The notes beneath the pieces are model-generated. The model did not search any database. It was not told the origin of the DNA and saw nothing but the letters and a program-made list of their open reading frames with translations. From Betaproteobacteria bacterium (GTDB lineage: Bacteria; Pseudomonadota; Gammaproteobacteria; Burkholderiales; SG8-41): DNA of 42,301 bases. Position numbers and translations under genes: made by a program. Positions 8,172 through 17,315 of the stretch are shown piece by piece (the first letter of the stretch is position 1; every line of letters starts with the position of its first letter). Location: NCBI GenBank assembly GCA_043779885.1, contig JAYWDM010000075.1:1-42301 (forward strand). The letters are read 5' to 3'.

Positions 8172-11100
8172 ATGATCAGGAAGATTGTAGAGTTTGCGCT
8201 CACCAAGCCGCTGTTCATCATTCTCGGCACGGTACTGTTCATCGGCGGCGGCGTGCTTGCCTTCAGGCAACTGCCGGTCGAGGCGTTCCCCGACGTAACC
8301 GATACCCAGGTCACCGTGATCACGCTGCTTCCTGGGCGCGCCGCCGAAGAAGTGGAGAAGCAGGTCACGCTGCCGCTGGAGGTCGCGCTCGCGGGACTGC
8401 CCAATTCGATCCGCATGTTTTCGCACACGCAGTTCGGTCTGTCGTTCATTATCCTGACCTTCAATGACGACGCCAACGCCTATTTCGCGCGCCAGCAGGT
8501 GGTCGAGCGGTTGCGCGAAGTCGAACTGCCGGAGGGCGCGAGGCCGCAGCTTGCGCCGCTGTCGACGCCGATCGGCGAAATCTACCGCTATCGCGTCAAG
8601 TCGGACCACCTCGACTCGCGCGACCTGCGCACCATTCAGGACTGGACGGTCAGCCGGCAGTTGCGGCTGATCCCCGGCGTCGCGGACGTGGTGAGCCTCG
8701 GCGGCTTCATCAAGCAGTATGAGGTCAATCCCGATCTGGCCAAAATGAAGTTCTACAAGATCACGCTGCAGCAATTGTTCACCGCATTGCAGCGCGCCAA
8801 CTCGAATGCCGGCGGCGGCTATGTCGAGGTGCCGCCGCAGCAGTTCCTGATCCGCGGCATCGGGTTGCTGCGCTCGGCGGACGAAGTGCTGCACGTGATG
8901 GTGGCCGAGCGTAATGGCGTGCCCGTGCTGGTCAAGGACATTGCGACGCTGTCGACCGGCTCGGTGCCGCGCCAGGGCGTGATCGGCCAGGACGACGACG
9001 ACGACATCGTCGCCGGCGTCGTGCTGATGCGCAAGGGCGAAAATCCGTCGACCGTGTTGTCGGCGATCAAGCAGAAAGTGGACCTGTTGAACAGCACCGT
9101 GCTGCCCAAAGGCGTCGAGCTCGTGCCGTACTACGACCGCTCGTGGCTGATCGGCAAGACGCTGAAAACGGTGTTCACCAATCTTGTCGAGGGCGCGATG
9201 CTGGTGACGCTGGTGCTGCTGCTGTTTCTCGGCAACCTGCGCGCGGCGGCGATCGTCGCGCTGATCATCCCGCTGTCGCTGCTGGGGACTTTTCTCGGCC
9301 TGACATGGATAGGCATTCCGGCCAACCTGCTGTCGCTCGGCGCGATGGACTTCGGCATCATCGTCGATGGCGCGGTAATCGTCGTCGAGAACGTATTCCG
9401 GCGGCTGTCGGAGGGCAGGGAGTTTCACGACGACAAGGTCGATCGCCACGAAGACCGGCACCGGCTCAAAGTCATACTCGACGCCACGATCGAAGTGGGG
9501 CGGCCAACGCTGTTTTCGATGCTGATCATCATCGCCGCGCACATCCCGATCTTCACATTGCAGCGCCACGAAGGCCGCATCTTCGCGCCGATGGCGTACT
9601 CGGTGACTTCAGCGCTGGTGGTCTCGCTGATTTTTTCGCTGACGCTGGTGCCGCTGCTGTGCTACCTCCTGCTGCGAAAGAAACTGCCGCATCATGACAA
9701 TGCGCTGGTCGAGCGCTGCAAGAAAATCTATGAGCCTGCGCTGAAATGGGCGCTGGACCGCAAAAAACTCGTGGTGCTCGCGGCGACCGGCGCGCTTGCC
9801 GCCAGCCTCGCCGTGGCGCCGCAACTGGGCACCGAGTTCCTGCCGGAGCTGAACGAAGGCTCCATATGGCTCAACGTGCCGCTGCACCCGAGCATCTCGG
9901 TGAGCGAAGCATCGCGCGAGATGGGACGCATGCAGGACGTGCTCAAAAAAATTCCCGAGATCAAGACCGTGGTGTTCAAGGCCGGCCGCCCCGAGGACGG
10001 CACCGATCCCAAGCTCATCAGCATGGCGGAAATACTGGTCGACCTGAAGCCCGAGTCGGAGTGGACACGCAAAGTCACCAAACGCGACGTGATGCTCGAA
10101 ATGGATCAGGAGTTATCAAAAATTCCTGGCATGCAGGCGAGCTTCTCGCAGCCGATACGCGACAACATCCTGGAGAGCATTTCCCAGATCGACGGCCAGA
10201 TCGTGGTCAAGATTTTCGGCGACGACCTGGACGTGCTGCGCGACTATGCGGGCAGGGTGCTGGCCGCGATTGCGGACGTGCGCGGCGTCTCGCGCGCGAT
10301 GATCGACCGGCAGGGTGAATTGCCGCAGACGCTGATCGAGATCGATCGCGCGGTCGCGGCGCGCTACGGACTTAATGTCGCGGACATCGAGGACGTGATC
10401 GAGACCGTCCTCGGCGGCAAAGTCGCGACCAGCGTGTGGGAGGGCGAGAAACGCTTCGGCATCGTGGCGCGCCTGAAGGAAGACCAGCGTGCGCTCGACG
10501 AATTGCCGAATATCCTGGTGACGACCCCCAATGGCGCATACCTGCCTTTGTCGAGCGTGGCGAAGTTCCGCACCATCGGTGGCAGCATGAACATCAGCCG
10601 CGAGAATGGCGGACGCGTTATCGCCATCGGAGTTTTCATCCGCGACCGCGATATGGGCAGTGTGGTGGCAGACATGCAGAAGAACGTCGCCAAATCGGTG
10701 AAGCTGCCCGCCGGCTATTACATGGCGTGGTCGGGAGAATTCGAGAACCAGGAGCGCGCGATGGCGCGATTGGCGGTGGTCGTGCCGCTGTCGGTGCTGC
10801 TGATCTTCATCCTGCTGTTCGACGCGTTTCAGTCGTTCAGGAGCGCGCTGCTGATCATACTCAATATTCCGTTTGCGATGATCGGCGGCATATTCGCGCT
10901 GCTCATCACGGGCATCCCGTTGTCGGTGTCGGCGGCGATCGGCTTCATCGCGTTGTTCGGCCAGGCGGTGCTCAACGGCGTCGTGATGGTCACCTATTAC
11001 AACCAGTTGCAGCGTGCCGGCGCAACACCCGTCGAAGCCGTAATCAAGGGCTCGCTCGTCAGGTTGCGCACGGTGCTGATGACCGCGTTGCTCGCCATGA

Positions 11101-11291
11101 TGGGCCTGATGCCGATGGCGTTGTCGCACGACATCGGGTCCGAAACCCAGAAACCGCTCGCGGTGGTCGTGATCGGCGGACTCATAACCGCGACATTGCT
11201 GACGCTGATCGTGCTGCCGACGCTGTACGTGCTGTTCGAGCGCGGCCGAACACGCGAACTGCGCGAGGAAAATACGCCCGCATCGCCATAA
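8172..11291 (+). CDS. CusA/CzcA family heavy-metal efflux RND transporter (pump 1)
   Basis: 1039 aa with 12-TM RND architecture. The TM4 motif DFGIIVDGAVIVVEN (9348-9392) matches the divalent-cation HME signature DFG-DGA-VEN. Confidence 0.9.
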   Translation: MIRKIVEFALTKPLFIILGTVLFIGGGVLAFRQLPVEAFPDVTDTQVTVITLLPGRAAEEVEKQVTLPLEVALAGLPNSIRMFSHTQFGLSFIILTFNDDANAYFARQQVVERLREVELPEGARPQLAPLSTPIGEIYRYRVKSDHLDSRDLRTIQDWTVSRQLRLIPGVADVVSLGGFIKQYEVNPDLAKMKFYKITLQQLFTALQRANSNAGGGYVEVPPQQFLIRGIGLLRSADEVLHVMVAERNGVPVLVKDIATLSTGSVPRQGVIGQDDDDDIVAGVVLMRKGENPSTVLSAIKQKVDLLNSTVLPKGVELVPYYDRSWLIGKTLKTVFTNLVEGAMLVTLVLLLFLGNLRAAAIVALIIPLSLLGTFLGLTWIGIPANLLSLGAMDFGIIVDGAVIVVENVFRRLSEGREFHDDKVDRHEDRHRLKVILDATIEVGRPTLFSMLIIIAAHIPIFTLQRHEGRIFAPMAYSVTSALVVSLIFSLTLVPLLCYLLLRKKLPHHDNALVERCKKIYEPALKWALDRKKLVVLAATGALAASLAVAPQLGTEFLPELNEGSIWLNVPLHPSISVSEASREMGRMQDVLKKIPEIKTVVFKAGRPEDGTDPKLISMAEILVDLKPESEWTRKVTKRDVMLEMDQELSKIPGMQASFSQPIRDNILESISQIDGQIVVKIFGDDLDVLRDYAGRVLAAIADVRGVSRAMIDRQGELPQTLIEIDRAVAARYGLNVADIEDVIETVLGGKVATSVWEGEKRFGIVARLKEDQRALDELPNILVTTPNGAYLPLSSVAKFRTIGGSMNISRENGGRVIAIGVFIRDRDMGSVVADMQKNVAKSVKLPAGYYMAWSGEFENQERAMARLAVVVPLSVLLIFILLFDAFQSFRSALLIILNIPFAMIGGIFALLITGIPLSVSAAIGFIALFGQAVLNGVVMVTYYNQLQRAGATPVEAVIKGSLVRLRTVLMTALLAMMGLMPMALSHDIGSETQKPLAVVVIGGLITATLLTLIVLPTLYVLFERGRTRELREENTPASP

Positions 11292-11313
11292 AAATGCTTG
11301 CAATCAGAGACCT

Positions 11314-11330
11314 GTAAGTCTGGCGTAAGT
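11314..11330 (+). promoter_or_regulatory. direct repeat GTAAGT-N5-GTAAGT (11-bp phasing)
   Basis: Same half-site and phasing as 5535-5551. It lies 23 nt after the pump-1 stop and about 110 nt before a strong hairpin with a T-tract. Confidence 0.25.
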
Positions 11331-11442
11331 TTGGCTGGTTAATCTTGCGCCGTGGCTGCATCCATACGGAGCGGCCACATTGCTCCTCGCAGTTGCAGGG
11401 TGATGGCTGCTGCTGAGACAGTTATCATCCGGGCCGCGATTG

Positions 11443-11477
11443 CCGGCTGGTGGGGTGACCCACCGGCCGGAATTTTT
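11443..11477 (+). terminator. rho-independent terminator-like hairpin between the two RND operons
   Basis: CCGGCTGGTGGG-GTGA-CCCACCGGCCGG forms a 12-bp stem (one U.G pair) with a 4-nt loop, followed by AATTTTTGT. The T-tract is present on the plus strand only. Confidence 0.6.
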
Positions 11478-11515
11478 GTACCGCGGCGCGCGCGAAGGGG
11501 TACTGTACCAACCAA

Positions 11516-12757
11516 ATGCAGGCGGTCTTTCAGACGCAAGGTATGCAACCGGCCCGGCAGCGGGCCCTTACGCTAAATCTGACTATCCGGAACAACGTGA
11601 AAACCCGCAATATTCTGTTCATGACGATTGCCGCTGCGGCGGCGGTTGCGGCGGCTGTGTGGTCGTACACGCAGTATGCCGCGCGAGGCGAAGACGCGCG
11701 GCCGCAAACTGCGGCGCCCGCGCGGCTCAACGCGCGGGAATTGCGCTTCGCCGCGGACTCGCCGCAACTGAACTTCGTCAAGATTGAATCGGTTCTGGCA
11801 CTGCCCGAGCCGTTGCTCGACCCGTTGAACGCGCGCATCGCTTACGATGAAAACCACACCGTACGGGTCAGTTCGCCGATCGCCGGACGCGTCACGCGCA
11901 TATTCGTGCAGCCGGGCGATCGTGTCGCCGCCGGGCAGACCCTGGTCCGGCTTGACGCGCCCGAATTTGCGAGTGCCGCGGCGGACGTCGCGAAATCGCG
12001 CGCCGATCTGCAGTTCAAGCAGAAGTCTTACGCGCGGGCGAACGAGCTTCATCAGGCAGAGGTCATCGCGCGCAAGGATTTCGATTCCGCGGAAAGCGAC
12101 CTGCGCCAGTCGGAGGCGGAGCACGACCGGGCCAGGCTGCGGCTGCGCAATCTGGAACCGAACCTGAGCGACGCGCCCGGCAATGGATACACGCTGCGCG
12201 CGCCTATCGCCGGCATCGTTACGGAACGCACGGTTAACCCCGGTTCCGAAGTCAGGCCCGACGCGCCGAATCCGCTGTTTGTCATCACGGACCCGACCCA
12301 TCTGTGGGTCATGATCGACCTGCCTGAGCGGTATCTGGGCAAGATCCATGGCGGGCAGAAGGTCACGATCGATGTCGACGCCTATCCCGGCGGCGATTTT
12401 TGGGGGCGCGTCGCCTCAATTGGCGAGGTGCTCGACCCGGCGACCCGGCGCGTGCAGGTGCGGGTCGTGGTCGATAATCCGAACCGCCAGCTCAAGCCCG
12501 AGATGTACGCACGGGTGACCCCGATCAACGACGCGGGCGTCAGGCTGCCGCGGATACCGAATTCGGCGTTGCTGACCGTGGGACTCTACAGCTACATATT
12601 CGTGGAAAAAGAACCCGGCGTGTTTGAGAAACGGCAGGTAACCCTCGGCCTGCAGGGCCGCAGCGAGAGTTACGTCAAACACGGCCTGGCAAGCGGCGAG
12701 CGGGTGGTTACAGTGGGCGCCCTGCTGCTTAATTCCGAGCTGACGGGCGTCGAGTAG
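11516..12757 (+). CDS. efflux RND periplasmic adaptor (MFP), paralogue 2
   Basis: Paralogous to 7011-8141 (…SPIAGRVTRIFVQPGDRVAAGQTLVRLDAPEF…). The start is uncertain: ATG 11516 or 11543, GTG 11597 or ATG 11621. GTG 11597 gives a K/R-rich N-terminus followed by a TM anchor. Confidence 0.8.
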   Translation: MQAVFQTQGMQPARQRALTLNLTIRNNVKTRNILFMTIAAAAAVAAAVWSYTQYAARGEDARPQTAAPARLNARELRFAADSPQLNFVKIESVLALPEPLLDPLNARIAYDENHTVRVSSPIAGRVTRIFVQPGDRVAAGQTLVRLDAPEFASAAADVAKSRADLQFKQKSYARANELHQAEVIARKDFDSAESDLRQSEAEHDRARLRLRNLEPNLSDAPGNGYTLRAPIAGIVTERTVNPGSEVRPDAPNPLFVITDPTHLWVMIDLPERYLGKIHGGQKVTIDVDAYPGGDFWGRVASIGEVLDPATRRVQVRVVVDNPNRQLKPEMYARVTPINDAGVRLPRIPNSALLTVGLYSYIFVEKEPGVFEKRQVTLGLQGRSESYVKHGLASGERVVTVGALLLNSELTGVE

Positions 12758-12777
12758 TTCGCCCGCAGGAAAGCGCC

Positions 12778-15700
12778 ATGCTGGACAGACTCATTACGTT
12801 CGCACTGCAGCAGCGCGTCTTCGTGCTCGCATTGGCCGTCGCATTGGCGATTTTCGGATGGAACGCGTGGCGCAATCTGCCGGTGGAGGCGTTTCCCGAC
12901 GTGCAGGACGTGCAGGTGCAGATCATCACCCAGGTTCCGGGCCAGGCGCCGGAGGAAGTCGAGCGTTCCGTTACGCTGCCGATCGAACGCGAGATGAGCG
13001 GCGTGCCGCGCATGACGCAGTTGCGCTCGGTTTCCATTACAGGCCTGTCGGTTGTCACGCTGACGTTCGCCGACCGCACCGACGATTATTTTGCGCGCCA
13101 GCAGGTGCTCGAGAAACTGCAGAACATAAGCCTGCCGCCCAATATTCTGCCCGCGCTGGCGCCGCTGTCCAACGCAGTCGGCGAAATCTATCGCTACGTC
13201 ATCACCGCGCCGCCCGACATGCCGCTTACCGAGGTGCGTGCATTGCAGGACTGGACGCTCAAACCCGCGCTGCGCCGCACGCCCGGCGTTGCCGATATCG
13301 TCAGTTTCGGCGGGCTGGTGAAGGAGTACCAGGTCAAGGCCAATCCGTTTCTGCTGCGCAAGTACGCGATTACCATCGACCAGCTGGCGCAGGCGCTTGC
13401 AAACAACAGCGCGAATACCGGTGGCGGCCTCCTGAAGCGCGGCGACGAGGCGTTGGTGATCCGCGGCATCGGCCTGTTTTCGAGCATGGATGACATTCGA
13501 CACGTGGTTGTCGCATCGCGCAATGGCAGGCCGATACAGGTCGGCGATCTCGCGCGCGCGGAAATCGGCGGACGCCCGCGTTCGGGGATCGTCGCCTTCA
13601 ACGAGCGCGACGACGTGGTGCAGGCGATCGTGCAGATGACCAAAGGCGGCAACGCGACCAAGGTCGTCGAGGACCTGAAAGTCGAGATTGCCAAGGTGGC
13701 GGCGAGGCTGCCGCCGGGAGTGAGCATAGTCCCGTACTACGATCGCACCGATCTTGTGAAACATACGGTGCACACCGTCACCGAGAATCTGGCCATAGGT
13801 GCTGCGCTGGTGGTGGCGATATTGATGCTGTTTCTGCGCAACTGGTATGCGGCGCTGGTCGTCGCGACCGTGATTCCGCTGTCGCTGCTGTTTGCGTTCG
13901 TGCTGATGGATGCAAGGGGCGTCGGCGCGAATCTGATCTCGCTGGGCGCGGTCGATTTCGGCATTATCATCGACAGCGCGGTGGTGCTGGTCGAGGCGCT
14001 CATGGTGAAGCTCGCGGCGGGCGCCGCCGAACATAACCCGATCCACAGCGGTTACGGCTGGCGCGTGCACACGCTCAAAAATACCGCTGTCGAGTTGGGC
14101 CGGCCGATCATGTTTTCGAAGGCGATCATCATCCTCGCGTTCATGCCGATTTTCACTTTCCAGCGCGTTGAGGGCAAAATCTTCTCGCCGATGGCTTTTA
14201 CGCTGACATTCGCGCTGCTCGGCGCGATACTGCTGACGTTGACGCTGGTGCCGACGCTGCTCAGCTACGCGATGCGCAAAGGCGACCTGGCCGAAAAGCA
14301 CAGTGCGTGGATGCATCGCTTGCAGCAGCGTTACCGCAAACTGCTGCAATGGGCGGAACTGCACCGGAAGATCGTCGTGACCGTCTCGGTCGCGATGCTG
14401 GCGCTGGCGCTGGCACTCGCGCCTAGACTCGGCAGCGAGTTTCTGCCCAAGCTCGACGAGGGCAATATCTGGCTCACCATCACCTTGCCGCCCTCGACCG
14501 CCATCGAACGCACCAAGGAAGTCGAACGCGAAGTGCGCCGCATGTTGAAGAGCTACCCTGAGGTCAACAACGTCATAACCCAGGTTGGCCGTCCCGATGA
14601 CGGCACGGACCCCAAGGGGCCCAACAACCTGGAAATTCTGGCCGATCTCCAGCCGCGGGGGACGTGGCGCTTTCACAGCAAGGATGCGCTGGTCGCCGAC
14701 ATGACGCGGAAAATTCAATCGATGCCCGGAGTGCCGACCAATTTTTCACAGGTGATCGAAGACAATCTGAACGAAGCCCTGTCCGGCGCCAAGGGCGAAA
14801 TCGTGGTCAAGATTTTCGGGCCCGACCTGCAGATACTTGAAGACAAAAGCGAGCAGGTGGTCAGTGTGCTGGCGTCGATTCAGGGCGCCGCGGATGTCGG
14901 TGCGTTCAAGATCGGCGGCCAGACGGAGTTGACCGTCACCCTCGATCGCACGCGCATGGCGCGTTACGGCATCAATATCGGCGACGTCAACACGACCATA
15001 CAGACGGCTCTCGCGCCGAGCACCGTCAATACGTTCTATGACGGCGACCGGCGTTTTGACGTGACGATACGTCTCGACGAAGAGTTCAGGGACGCGGTCG
15101 ATGATGTGGCGGACCTGCCGATTGCGCTGCCGGGCGGCGCGGGCACCACCATTCCGCTCGGGTTTATTGCCGACATCGCGGTGCGGCAGGGAGCGGGCAG
15201 GGTATCGCGCGAGGCCGGCGGCCGCAATGTCGCGGTCAAGGCCAACCTGCTCGGGCGCGACCAGGGCAGCTTTGTCGAGGAGGCGATGGAGAAAGTCAGC
15301 GCCAGGGTCAAACTGCCTCCCGGTTACTACATGACGTGGGGTGGCCAGTTCGAAAATCAGCAGCGCGCCATCGCGCGTCTGAAGGTCATCATCCCGATTT
15401 CCGTGTTTCTGATTTTTGTGCTGCTGTTCTGGGCGTTTGGCTCGGTCAAGCAGGCGCTGCTCGTATTGATGATGGTGCCTTTTACATTGATCGGCGGGCT
15501 TGCGGGACTCGCGATAGCAGGTTTGCACCTGTCCGTTTCAGCCGCGGTCGGCTTTATTGCGGTGGCCGGCATTTCGGTGCAGAACGGCGTCATCATGGTC
15601 GAGCAGTTCACCGAAATAATGCGCAACGGCAAAAGCCTCGCCGAGGCGGTTGTCGAAGGCGCCGTGTCGCGGTTGCGGCCCATCATCATGACCGCGCTGA

Positions 15701-15885
15701 TGGCGGGGCTGGGACTGCTGCCGGCCGCGCTCTCGCAGGGCATCGGTTCGGAGACGCAGCGCCCGTTCGCGGTAGTCATCGTCGGCGGCATCGTATCCGC
15801 GACGCTGTTTACCCTGTTGCTGCTGCCAATGCTGTTCCCGTTGTTCGCCGAGGAAAACCAGGAAACCGCCGGGGACGCAGAGTAG
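12778..15885 (+). CDS. CusA/CzcA family efflux RND transporter (pump 2), atypical TM4 motif
   Basis: 1035 aa and roughly half identical by eye to pump 1 at the N-terminus. The TM4 motif is DFGIIIDSAVVLVEA (13954-13998): DSA/VEA instead of DGA/VEN. RBS AGGAAAG. Confidence 0.9.
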   Translation: MLDRLITFALQQRVFVLALAVALAIFGWNAWRNLPVEAFPDVQDVQVQIITQVPGQAPEEVERSVTLPIEREMSGVPRMTQLRSVSITGLSVVTLTFADRTDDYFARQQVLEKLQNISLPPNILPALAPLSNAVGEIYRYVITAPPDMPLTEVRALQDWTLKPALRRTPGVADIVSFGGLVKEYQVKANPFLLRKYAITIDQLAQALANNSANTGGGLLKRGDEALVIRGIGLFSSMDDIRHVVVASRNGRPIQVGDLARAEIGGRPRSGIVAFNERDDVVQAIVQMTKGGNATKVVEDLKVEIAKVAARLPPGVSIVPYYDRTDLVKHTVHTVTENLAIGAALVVAILMLFLRNWYAALVVATVIPLSLLFAFVLMDARGVGANLISLGAVDFGIIIDSAVVLVEALMVKLAAGAAEHNPIHSGYGWRVHTLKNTAVELGRPIMFSKAIIILAFMPIFTFQRVEGKIFSPMAFTLTFALLGAILLTLTLVPTLLSYAMRKGDLAEKHSAWMHRLQQRYRKLLQWAELHRKIVVTVSVAMLALALALAPRLGSEFLPKLDEGNIWLTITLPPSTAIERTKEVEREVRRMLKSYPEVNNVITQVGRPDDGTDPKGPNNLEILADLQPRGTWRFHSKDALVADMTRKIQSMPGVPTNFSQVIEDNLNEALSGAKGEIVVKIFGPDLQILEDKSEQVVSVLASIQGAADVGAFKIGGQTELTVTLDRTRMARYGINIGDVNTTIQTALAPSTVNTFYDGDRRFDVTIRLDEEFRDAVDDVADLPIALPGGAGTTIPLGFIADIAVRQGAGRVSREAGGRNVAVKANLLGRDQGSFVEEAMEKVSARVKLPPGYYMTWGGQFENQQRAIARLKVIIPISVFLIFVLLFWAFGSVKQALLVLMMVPFTLIGGLAGLAIAGLHLSVSAAVGFIAVAGISVQNGVIMVEQFTEIMRNGKSLAEAVVEGAVSRLRPIIMTALMAGLGLLPAALSQGIGSETQRPFAVVIVGGIVSATLFTLLLLPMLFPLFAEENQETAGDAE

Positions 15886-15929
15886 GGTAGTGTAAATCTG
15901 GACGCCGGCGGCGCCGGCAGGGAGTGCTT

Positions 15930-16127
15930 ATGTCACCGGTATTTCGCAAGGAGCAACGCCATCTTTCGGCCGACGAGCGTCTGCAGGTTAATGCCATCAA
16001 GCAACTCGCCGAAGACCTGCACGACGTGATCGATATGCTGCCGGCGTCGCGCACGCGCGACGTCGCCCGGATCAAGCTGGAGGAGACCGTGATGTGGTCG
16101 GTGAAGGCGATTTCCGAGGCACTTTGA
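15930..16127 (+). CDS. small all-helical hypothetical protein, phage-type 'KLEExxMWxxKAI' hairpin (possibly Acb2/Tad1-hairpin-like)
   Basis: ATG 15930 has GGGAG 5 nt upstream. 65 aa: MSPVFRKEQRHLSADERLQVNAIKQLAEDLHDVIDMLPASRTRDVARIKLEETVMWSVKAISEAL. The family call is from memory of similar phage proteins only. Confidence 0.45.
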   Translation: MSPVFRKEQRHLSADERLQVNAIKQLAEDLHDVIDMLPASRTRDVARIKLEETVMWSVKAISEAL

Positions 16128-16227
16128 GGCGCGCCGTCCGCTCGTCGTCGCGCGGATCTTCCTGCCGGGCGGCGTTTTGTGCAGTATCGGGATGTATGCT
16201 GCCGCAACGCCATGCCCCGCCTCGCAC

Positions 16228-17238
16228 ATGTTGACTGTTGAACATCACGCCTCGCCGCCCGCCGATTTCCTCGCCGATGAGGTGGAGGGTCATGCCTACT
16301 ACAAGGTGTTTCAGGACTCCGCCATTGAAAACTTCGATTTCGGCTATTTCGTGGTCAGGCGCGATGGCGAGCGGGTCGCCGTCGCGCCCTATTTCGTGAC
16401 CCGCTACCGCGTCAATACGACGCTTGCGGAAGGCCGGCTCAAGCGCATGCTGGGCTGGCTTTCGTTCCACATTGCCTGCGTCGGGCATCCGAGCGCGGAC
16501 CTGGGCATGATCGACGGCGAAACATCGGCTGAGGTATTGCAGGCAATCAACGCCGAGTTGTTCAAGCGCGCGGCGGTCGTTGCGTACAAGGATTTTGGCG
16601 CGGATTTGCCGCTGACCGGATTTTCGCGCGAGCCCAATCTGCCCGTTGCGCGGCTCGCTATCGCCGGTGATTTTTATTCCGCACTGAGCGGACCGGCGCG
16701 TCGCGCGCTGCGCCGGCGCCAGCGCAAGGCCGGCATGCTGCGCATCGAGGAATGCGATAGCTACCCGGCGGAGCAAGCCGATCGCATCCATGCGTTGTAT
16801 CTGCAAACGCTCGCGCGGGCAGAGATGGTGCTGGAGAGACTCACCCCGCTTTTTTTTGCCAATATCGCGCCGCTCGGCAAGTACGTCCTGTATTGGGAGG
16901 GCGACACCCTGATCGGTTTTACATTATTGATCTGCAAAGGCCGGACCATGCTCGCGAAATACCTTGGCATGGACTACGCGAGGGCGCGTCGCTACGGATT
17001 GTATTTCGTGATGTTGCTCAATCAAATCGACATATGCGTGCGGGATGGCTACACGATCTATCAGACGGGCCAGAGTGCCTACGATTTCAAGGTGCGTCTC
17101 GGCAGCCGGCTGATTCCGACCTTTATCTATTTCAGGCACCGCAATCCGCTCATGCACAAGGTGCTCACGGCGATCATGCGGATGGCCGCCTATCGCGAGC
17201 GTGCCGCGTGCGCAGGCGCGGGGGAATGCGCGGTCTGA
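16228..17238 (+). CDS. GNAT-superfamily protein with BioF2-like/FemAB-like acetyltransferase fold
   Basis: About 336 aa. The pattern '…FYSALSGPARRALRRRQRKAG…YLQT…G…LIGFTLL…YLGMDY…YFVMLLNQIDICVRDGYTIYQTGQSAYDFKVRLG' is typical of the Acetyltransf_6/FemAB-like family. I preferred ATG 16228 over the longer track ORF. Confidence 0.55.
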   Translation: MLTVEHHASPPADFLADEVEGHAYYKVFQDSAIENFDFGYFVVRRDGERVAVAPYFVTRYRVNTTLAEGRLKRMLGWLSFHIACVGHPSADLGMIDGETSAEVLQAINAELFKRAAVVAYKDFGADLPLTGFSREPNLPVARLAIAGDFYSALSGPARRALRRRQRKAGMLRIEECDSYPAEQADRIHALYLQTLARAEMVLERLTPLFFANIAPLGKYVLYWEGDTLIGFTLLICKGRTMLAKYLGMDYARARRYGLYFVMLLNQIDICVRDGYTIYQTGQSAYDFKVRLGSRLIPTFIYFRHRNPLMHKVLTAIMRMAAYRERAACAGAGECAV

Positions 17239-17315
17239 AGGACGCCGTGCCGCGCCTAAGAGGACTCTTCAGCACGATGAAACCCGCGCGCGTTTGATGG
17301 CGTCAGGGACTCTGT

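Noticed and set aside
11352-11576. 74-aa ORF in the inter-operon spacer as a candidate leader peptide or small metal-binding protein
   Set aside because: It has a GTG start without an RBS. It reads straight through the terminator hairpin and into the adaptor gene region. Its Arg-rich composition is typical of out-of-frame GC-rich sequence.
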